A stretch of 64,000 nt of DNA from the human T2T-CHM13v2.0 reference genome, Homo sapiens: assembly GCF_009914755.1 (NCBI RefSeq), contig NC_060943.1; one strand, given 5' to 3'. Positions within the stretch are counted from its first letter, which is position 1. The number at the start of each line of letters is the position of its first letter. Both the position numbers and the translations under genes were made by a program. Of the stretch, positions 54,201-64,000 are shown piece by piece. The notes under the pieces are model-generated. The model was not told the DNA's origin. It made no database searches and saw only the letters and a program-made list of their open reading frames with translations.

Positions 54201-54955
54201 TTGGATAAACAACAGTTTTTTACATAAGTATGTCTTAAATATGAAACATTGCATCCTTATGCAAAAAATTGTCTATCTGAAATTCAAACTTCATAGTTAT
54301 GCTAAAAATTTATTTATACTTATGCTAAAAATTTATTTGTAGTTCATCTAAAATTCAAATTTAATTTGGATGTTGTGTATATTTACTTGCTAAATCCGGC
54401 CAGCCGAAGTTGCAGTAACTGCACTACCTTAGGCAGCAATAACTAAGTGGTTATGAATGTGGACTCTAAAGCCAGACTGCCTGGGTTCATATCTCAATCG
54501 TATTATTTAACAGCTGTGTTACCCTTCAGCATATTATTTAGTCTTTCTGCCTCCACTCCCTCATATATAAAAAGGGGAACAATAATAATGCAAACCACAT
54601 AAGGGTTTTTCTGAATAAAATAGAATACTAAAAAAATAAGTAAACAATTAATTCAAAAGACAGAAAAAAAGGAAAAATATTAAATATATAGTATGTGGGA
54701 TGGTGATAAGTACAACAGAGAAAAGTAAAGCACGGAAGGAGGATAAAAGAGTCAGAAGGATTTTTCTTGGAGAAATAAGAAAAAAAAGAATCATAAGCAA
54801 ATGTCAGATTAGTCAGAAAAAAGGCTCAGTAAAGTGATATTTATATAAAAACTTAATGGAAATGAGTATGTGGTTTAATTAAATAAGGAAGTCCACAAAT
54901 TAGGAAGATAAGATCCCCATATTTGATAACCATGTCAGAGGAAAGCCTGACTCAC

Positions 54956-55035
54956 CTGGGACCCAGCAGATGGCAGATTGTCTAACATCTCTGTGTTCCT
55001 CTTTTCTGCAGGGACAGAGTCCTGAGCAAGGAAAC
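54956..55035 (-). CDS. ZIM2: ZIM2 80-nt coding exon (GFLAQDSVPAEKRNTEMLDNLPSAGSQ)
   Basis: Acceptor ctctctcccttctag|GT, donor TCCCAG|gtgagt, phase 1 in and phase 0 out, in frame with the KRAB-A exon; peptide matches my recollection of ZIM2. Confidence 0.88.
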
Positions 55036-55379
55036 CTAGAAGGGAGAGAGGAATACCATGGAATTGAGTCCTGTCTGGTAGCACTGACAGACACAGTGGC
55101 CAGCCACCCTCATGCCACCCTGTCCTGCCATGGGAAGGAACAGCAGCTCTAGAGTTCCTATGGTGAGAAAGTCAGATATCATTTCTCAACTCAAAATAAC
55201 AAGTTCCAAAAGAGAGCTCTGGTTATTTCCCAGCTCTAAATGCTTCAATGGCTCCCACTGCCTTCCAAATAAAGTGAAAGTTCCCTCCATATCAGTCATT
55301 TCGGGCCTCACTGTCCAGTCAAGATCACCACAGAACCTCTGTTTCTCAACTGTAAAGCAGAAATAATGACAATACCTAT

Positions 55380-55900
55380 ACAGTAGTCCCCACTTATCTG
55401 AGGTTTTGTTTTCTGCAGTTTCAGTTACCCATGGTCAATTGGGGGTCAAAAATATTTAATGGAAAATTCCAGAAATAAATAATTCATATGTTATAAATTG
55501 TGTGCCATTCTGGTGATGAAATCTCACACTTTCCTGCTCTGTCCCACCTGGGACATGAATCATCCCTTTGTCCAGTGTATCCACTCTGTATACACTACCC
55601 CTTAGTCACTTATTAGCTGTCTTGGTCATCAGATCAACTATCACGGTATCACAGTGCTTGTGTTCATGTAGACCTTATTTTACTTAATAATGCCCCCAAA
55701 GCACATGAGTAGTGATGCTAACCTACTGTTATAATTGTTCCATTTTATAACTAGTTGTTAATATCGTACTGTGCCTAATTAATAAACTTCGTCACAGATA
55801 TGTATGTAGAGGAAAAGACATAGTATATATAGGGTTTGATAATATCCACACTTTCAAGTGTGTTAGAATGTATGCCCCTCAGATAAGGGGAGTATACTAT
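55380..55900. mobile_element. Tigger-derived MITE (MER44-like)
   Basis: Terminal inverted repeats cagtagtccccacttatc ... gataaggggagtatacta flanked by TA. Confidence 0.65.
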
Positions 55901-57239
55901 ACCTCTAAGGGCTCTTGTGAGAATTAAACATTACATATGTAAGGCACACAGTAGGTATTTTTTTGGTAAATGGCAGCTCTTATGATTAAGCCTTTCCTAC
56001 ATATTTTTCACTCGTTGATCTAAAAGACAACCACCCCTTTCCCTCCAGGAGCCTTAACCTTGATGGCCTTCCTTGCCTATATATTCTCTTTTCTCGGTAA
56101 ACCCTTCATTAATCTGTTTTTTCTTTCTGGTACCCTAGGGAACTCTCTTTCCTTCTCACTGAACTCTAGCTTCATCAATAACTCAGTGCCTCTGGCCAAG
56201 TTTTTAGCCTCTGGGACAACATCCACTATATCCATATGAGGCACTCATGTAACACGGTGATTAAGAGTACAGATGCTGAAGCCAGCAGCCTAAGTCTGAA
56301 TCCTGACTGCCAATTATTAATATAAGTTGTGGAACCATGGTCAAGTTACTCAACCTCTTTATGCCTCTGTCTCCTGGTCTACGAAATGAAGGTAATACCT
56401 ATTTCACAGAGCTATTAATAGAAGAAAATGAATTAACATGAAAGAACACCTATGATAATACATTAAAACATTCTAAGTGCTCAAGTGTTCACTATTAGCA
56501 TTTTAAAAATTCTTTTAAGTAATGTGGGAGCACAGAATGGGATTAATCATAATCCTTAGTTCATGATATGCTATCTTTATTGAGCCATGCATGGCTCTCA
56601 TGGTTATTTTAAATTCATTTGTTTATATTTTTAAGTATAATTAAGGCCTGTGAATGTACTATCCAACCCAAAAGTATAACATTCCCAATAACTTACATCT
56701 GCCTGTGTGCTTCTTTCATGTCCATACTCGAGCCTTCCCTCTAGAGATAAGTATGCCCTGAGGTCTGGTGTTAGTATTCATTGTTCCCTTGCTATATATA
56801 TGCCCCAAACAATACTTTGCTTTTAGTTAGTATTATTTGTTTCAAAGCACTATAAGGACCCAGTGGCTTTCTTCTCTCATTCTTGAAATGCCTCCTTAGC
56901 TCTAATCTAATAACTTGAGTTTCTAAGATACCAGTCAAATTTTGGCAGAAGTTGAACTTCCAGTCTTTGTATCTCCCACATTTTATGCCCCCTTGCATCT
57001 AAAATTTAGCTAATCATTCTTGTTCTTGAATAGAAAGACTAAATAATGTAAAGACCAATTTTCCCAAATTTACACTTAATATATTAATGCCACAAGCAAT
57101 CCCAGGAGTTTTTTTTTTTTTTTGTAGTGTGTCTGTCTTGTTTTATGTTGCAACTAAGGTTTACACTGGATAAGAAATGTGAGGCAAGGTGAACAAAGCT
57201 GATACACTCAGAGAAATAGTATATGTTAAAAGCAAAAGC

Positions 57240-57981
<742 letters not shown>

Positions 57982-58084
57982 TCATTCATTCACTCAACAA
58001 AATTTCTATTTAGCTCCTATTACGTGCCAGGCATACAGCAGATATTCAATAAACAGAAGCAGCCAGTTGCTTCCTCCTTCTCAC

Positions 58085-58445
58085 CTTCCTTCTCACATGC
58101 CTGAATAAAGTTTGCCACCATGGTTCCTGCCTCTTTGCTGTTCTTGGGCTGTTTTGACCTCACCCATGTCTGAATCTCCTCTGGCAGGGTGCTCAGAAAC
58201 TGTGTCAGCACTAGTTGCTCTATCATCTGCTCCTTGGTGAGGATCTCTGGCTGCAGCCATTGCAAACAGAGCTCCTGGATTTGGCTCACAGCTTGATGAG
58301 GCCCATTCACTGACAGGTACTGAAAATCCCCAAACTTTTGATGAGAAACTTTCAGTGTCTCTGTTTCTAGTTTCTTCTCTTGACCACACACACAAAAGAT
58401 GTAGGGATTCCTCAAGATATCTGAAACCCCTGTCACATCCAGCAT
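58085..58445 (-). CDS. Intact SCAN-domain coding exon, candidate native/ancestral first coding exon of ZIM2
   Basis: ORF MLDV...FQYLSVNGPHQAVSQIQELCLQWLQPEILTKEQMIEQLVLTQFLSTLPEEIQTWVRSKQPKNSKEA matches the SCAN consensus (GP.EA...L.ELC..WL.PE..TKEQ..E.LVLEQFL..LP.E...WV). Donor GAAG|gtgag at 58085 is phase 1; acceptors at 58567 and 58541. Expression not known from sequence. Confidence 0.75.
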
Positions 58446-60261
58446 CTCTACACCTTGGCCCTTTACAGGACAGAGCTACTCTTAAAGGCAGGCTGCTCCA
58501 GTACACAATGTTGTGGAAGATGGTAGGCAGGGCTGTATCAGCTGAAAGGATACAGAAACCTCAGGACCTGCAGAAATTACATACAGACTTACAACTAGCC
58601 TGCATAGTTATGATTGGACAGTGGAGTGAAGGTGATCTGAACAAGTATTACACAAAAGATGACAGCTATAAATAGCCAATCAACATAAAACAAGGCTAAA
58701 CTTCATTAGTTATCAGAGATATAGGAATTAAAACCCCAATAGGATAACACTATGCACCCTCCAAAATGTCCAAAATGAAAAAGTCAGACAATACCAAGTG
58801 TTGACAAGGATAATAGAGCCACAGTAGGATGATATATTTGTATATTGGAATGCTAAACAGAAAATATGAATGTTAAGTTGCTGTTGAATGAAAGAAACCA
58901 GGCTCAAAAAAAAAAGGTCTGTATTATATGATTCCATTTATATAAAGGTCAAAAACAGGCAAAATAAACCTAAAGTGTTTGAAGTCAGAATAGTGGCTGC
59001 TGTTGGGGGGAAGGGTGGTAATGACTGGAACCAGGCATTAGGGCTTCTGGAAAGCTAGGAATGATGTGGACACAGTGTATTCACTTTCTGAAAACTGAGC
59101 TACACATTTGTGGTTTGTGCCCTTTTCCATATGTATATTTTGCTAAACATTTATTAGCTGTATTATAGTTGTAGGAAAACATCTAGTCATAATATCAAGC
59201 GGAAAAAGGAAACCTGTACATAACAATATATGCTTACCCATATAAAGCAGAGAAAAGGTGGTAAACCAAAATACTGTGCCAGTGGGTTAAGTACGAACGG
59301 TAATATTATAAGTGATTTTTATAGGTGATTTTGTACTTTCTCTCAAAACTATTTTCTAGCTTCAAGATGTTCTACAACAAACCTTCATTTCTTCTGTAAT
59401 CACAGAAATAAAACATACCTTCCATAAAGGCTACACTCACTCTAAGAAACCATGAACAAAGATGCCACTTGGGGAAAACATTTTTTTCTTTTCTTATCCC
59501 CACTAAAACTTACGCCTTTTATTTCTATAATTTAACAGTTTTTCCATTTGAAAGCATTTATTTTTGTTTTCCATTAGAAATCATAACGTAATGAACATCA
59601 CTGAAACTAAGTATTTGCTCCCAAATTACATAGACAAAAGGGATAAACTGTTTTTAAAAGTTCTTGACACAATCTGCCAAATTTTCCTTTCAACGGCTAC
59701 CAACTTCTTCTTCCAAACTCAATGTATAAGATTACATGTCTCACTCAGTCCACCTTACAAGCCAATAGTGCCATCTTCATGGGCTTGTAATCAGGGCAGT
59801 CACAAGAGCCCCATTCTCATAAAGCCCACAGGCCTAGTTTAATGCTTTACTGTCACTCTCTTGAAATTTTTCACAATTTTTTGGACAAGGAGCCCCACAT
59901 TTTCATTTTGCCCTAGGCCCTGCAAATTATGTAACTGGTTCTGCCAATCAAGAGCATTATCATCCCTCAAAATCTGTTGTCAATTAGACAGATTGAAAAA
60001 TATATCATTTTATTCTTTAATTTTACATTTCTTTTGATTAATAATACGGCTTTCTCTTTGTTTCAGATTTACAAGCCAATTATAAATTGTTCACGCCCTT
60101 TGTGCTTCTTTACATTGGGGTGTTTCTTTTTTTTCTTTTCTTTTTTTTCTTTTTTTGAGGCAGAGTCTCGCTCAGTCGCCCAGGCTGGAGTGCAGTGGCG
60201 CAATCTTGGCTCACTGCAACCCCTGCCTCCTGGGCTCAAGTGATTCTCAAGCCTCAGCCTC

Positions 60262-61106
<845 letters not shown>

Positions 61107-61817
61107 TCACCAAAATTTTACCCCCAAAACATACGTAACCACTGTAACTGATCTGAAGTGCCCCACCAATGTTTCTTTATACTTGTAGAAGAAATGTATA
61201 TGTATATGTGTGTAAGGCTTCCCTCAGTATTCCTGGGGGATTTGTTTTAGGACCCCCCAGGGTATCAAATTTTGTGGACGCTGAAGCCTCATGTAAAATG
61301 GCATAGTATTTGCATATAATCTATGCACATGCTTAGGCATACTTTAAATCATCTCTAGATTACTTACATTACCTAGTACAGTACCTACACATCATTCTTG
61401 CGGATTTGACAGTACGCAGCACACATGGCAAATTTAAGTTGTGGTTTTTGGAACTTGGTGGAATTTTCTTCCAAATTTTTCTTTTTCTTTTTTTTTAACT
61501 TTGTTAGAGATGATGTCTCACTCTGTCACCCAGGCTAGAGTGACAGAACAGTGGCATCCCCGAAGCTGGATGCCACTGCTGCAGGTTGGCTCCACTCATG
61601 CCCGAACCTCTAAGCTGGAGGCTGATCCCCGCTGGAGAGCGGGTCAGTCCTCTAGGCCCAGAAATGACCAAGCAAAGCTTACCCTCTGGCTGCTCACCCA
61701 TGGACAACTGGGGTGAGCTTGCTCAGTGAGTCCACTAAAGGTCCCCCAGGCAGTGGGGGGTGGGGAGGCTGACCATATGCCCAGAATGAGTGGGACAAAG
61801 AGCAGGCAAATGAAAGC

Positions 61818-62490
61818 GTTGCCAGAAAAGGGTCTTGATCCAAACCCCAAAAGAGGGTTCTTGGATCTCACACAGGAAGGAATTCAAGGCAAGTCACAGA
61901 GCATGGTGAAAAAGGCAAGTTTATTAGAAGCTATTCCATTACAGAGTAGGGTGTCGTCAGAAAGCAAGCAGACAAACACACCATCTTTGTTTTAAGTTTT
62001 TAGGGGTCTTGTCTACGTAAAGACTAAACTAAGCTGTGACTACGTGAGGGTGAGCTGAAAGCATGACAAAATTTATTATTCTATTGATTTAAAGAGGCCA
62101 GGCACGGTGGCTCAGCCAGGCTTGGTGGTTCACACCTGTAATCCCAGCACTTTGGGAGGCTGAGGCAGGCAGATGACCTGAGGTCAAGAGTTTGAGACCA
62201 GCCTAATCAACATGGTGAGACCCCCTCTCTACTAAAAATATTTTTAAAAAATAGCTGGGTGTGGTGGTGCACACTTGTAGTCCTAGCTACTCAGGAGGCT
62301 GAGGCATGAGAATGGCTTGAACTCGTGAAGTGCAGTGAGCTGCCCACTGCACTCCAGCCTGGGCAACAGAGTGAGACTATGTCTCAAATAAATAAATAAA
62401 CAAATAAATAAATAAATAAGCTGTGACTATGTGAGGGTGAGCTGAAAGCATGACAAAATTTATTATTATATTGATTTAAAGAAAACCATC
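61818..62490 (-). mobile_element. Partial ERV1 LTR of the same family, interrupted by an Alu
   Basis: ttgccagaaaagggtcttgatccaaaccccaaaagagggttcttggatctc is the reverse complement of the LTR 3' end; it shares the ttctttaaatcaa..aataataaattttgtcatgct segment with 2739-3289. Confidence 0.7.
62096..62416 (+). mobile_element. Alu flanked by a 66-bp direct repeat
   Basis: Alu with (AAAT)n tail; flanks 62030-62095 and 62417-62482 differ at 2 positions. Confidence 0.9.
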
Positions 62491-63424
62491 CTTAGAAAGG
62501 TGAGAGAGGAATTGAAGGGTTGACAGTGTAGACTACAGAACCAGGAAATGACCTACCAGCAAGTCTTTTATGTGTGTGTGTTCTTTTCTATTTCTTTCTG
62601 TTTATTCCTGTTAGTGTTTGTTCTCTTATGCCTGTGAAAACCTCCTACATGTCAATTTCCATGCACTGGAGGAACTTGGATTTCTCCCCGTCTTAAAAGT
62701 ACCTCTTTCTTCTTCTCCTCCTTCTTCCCCTCCTCCTCCTCCTCTTCCTCCTCCCTGAGGCCCTAAAAACAAGGTGGCCTTGGCTGCTCTACCAAAAGGA
62801 GGATGATTCAGAGGCTGTGAGTTTAAGGGACCACTTTTGGGGGATTGGAAGAAATCTCCATTATGAGGTTAAGGTACCTATGGGAGACTACCTGAGACAG
62901 GGTGCCAGTGATGCCCACTAGCCTCAATAAGACACCAGGGATGCCTGAGTGCAATGGCCAATATCGGTTTTGTGCACAGTAAGGAAAATTTAGAGCTTAA
63001 ATGGTTAATCTGCTGCTACAGAGTTAAGTAGAATCCTCTAAAGCTCCATATCTTCCTTTCTTTTCTTCTCTGCCAGCTTTGAATCTGCTGTTATTAAGTT
63101 GCTGGTGCTGAAATAACACTTATTATTTATGATCTAACTGAAATGGGAACACTGGAAACTTCTTTGAAACTGAAGAAAAAAATGAAAAAGAAGTTTTTAC
63201 AATCAAAACTGCCATGAAGACTGCTTTACCCAAAATTTTGGTCCACAGCTTTCATTGAATTACTTATCAGGGCAAACAAAGTTTAGCCATGTGAACACGT
63301 TCCAATTTTGTTGGAAATAATTTGGATCCAGCTATCTTTATACAATGGTGAGTTCGTATTGCATCTCATGGCTAAAATACTGAGGTAAAGGCTTTTGGAT
63401 CTTTGTGTGTGTGTGTGTGCATGT

Positions 63425-64000
63425 GACAAAAACAAGCAATGGGGAAAGGAGTCCCTATTTAATAAATGGTGTTGGGAGAACTGGCTAGCCATATGCAGAA
63501 AGTTGAAACTGGAGCCCCTCCTTATACCATATACAAAAATCAACTCAAGATGAATTAAAGACTTAAATGTAAAAACCCAAACTATAAAAACCCTAGAAGA
63601 AAATCTAGGCAATACCATTCAGGACATGGGCACAGGCAAATATTTCATGACAAAGATGCCAAAAGCAGTAGCAACAAAAGCAAAAATTGACAAATGGAAT
63701 CTAATTAAACTAAAGAGCTTCTGTACAGCAAAGAAATTATCATCAGAGTGAACAGACAGCTTACAGCATGGGAGAAAATTTTTGCAGTATATCCATCTGA
63801 CAAAGGTCTAATATCCAGCATCTACAAGGAACTTAAACAAATTTACAAGAAAAAAAAACAACGCCATTAAAAAATGGGCAAAGGACGTGGACAGACACTT
63901 CTCAAAAGAAGAAATTTATGTGGGCAATGAACATTTTTTTTAAAAAAGCTCAACACCACTGATCATTAGAGAAATGCACATGAAAACCACAATGAGATAC
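63425..64000 (+). mobile_element. L1PA ORF2 fragment running off the window end
   Basis: gacaaaaacaagcaatggggaaaggagtccctatttaataaatgg...; carries a single copy of the VNTR source sequence at ~63730-63790. Confidence 0.9.

Overview
Repeat-rich primate (very likely human) genomic DNA. I recognise it from the zinc-finger protein sequence as the ZIM2 side of the imprinted PEG3/ZIM2 domain (human 19q13.43). Positions ~1-25.8 kb have no intact gene. They form an ancient ~12-kb-period triplication of one L2/MER20/LTR-like/MIR cassette, with many Alus and a twin-primed inverted L1 in which a 61-bp piece of ORF2 has expanded into a 29-copy VNTR. Next come a 5'-deleted olfactory receptor remnant (~26 kb) and a ZNF143/ETS CpG promoter firing on + (~30.4 kb, probably ZIM2-AS1). 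The four ZIM2-specific coding exons lie on the minus strand (55035-54956, 47206-47038, 44557-44462, 40615-39774). Main result: upstream of them are an intact, stop-free SCAN-domain exon (ATG 58445, phase-1 donor at 58085) and an NRF1-motif CpG-island first exon (donor at 60550). Spliced to the ZIM2 exons these give an uninterrupted 515-aa SCAN-KRAB-C2H2 ORF, i.e. a possible self-standing, PEG3-independent ZIM2 gene inside the PEG3-ZIM2 intron. The ZIM2 exons also show scars of decay and repair: two shifted splice acceptors and a GGA>TGA stop inside a finger. Gene names and literature context are from memory; repeat subfamilies and boundaries are by eye and approximate.
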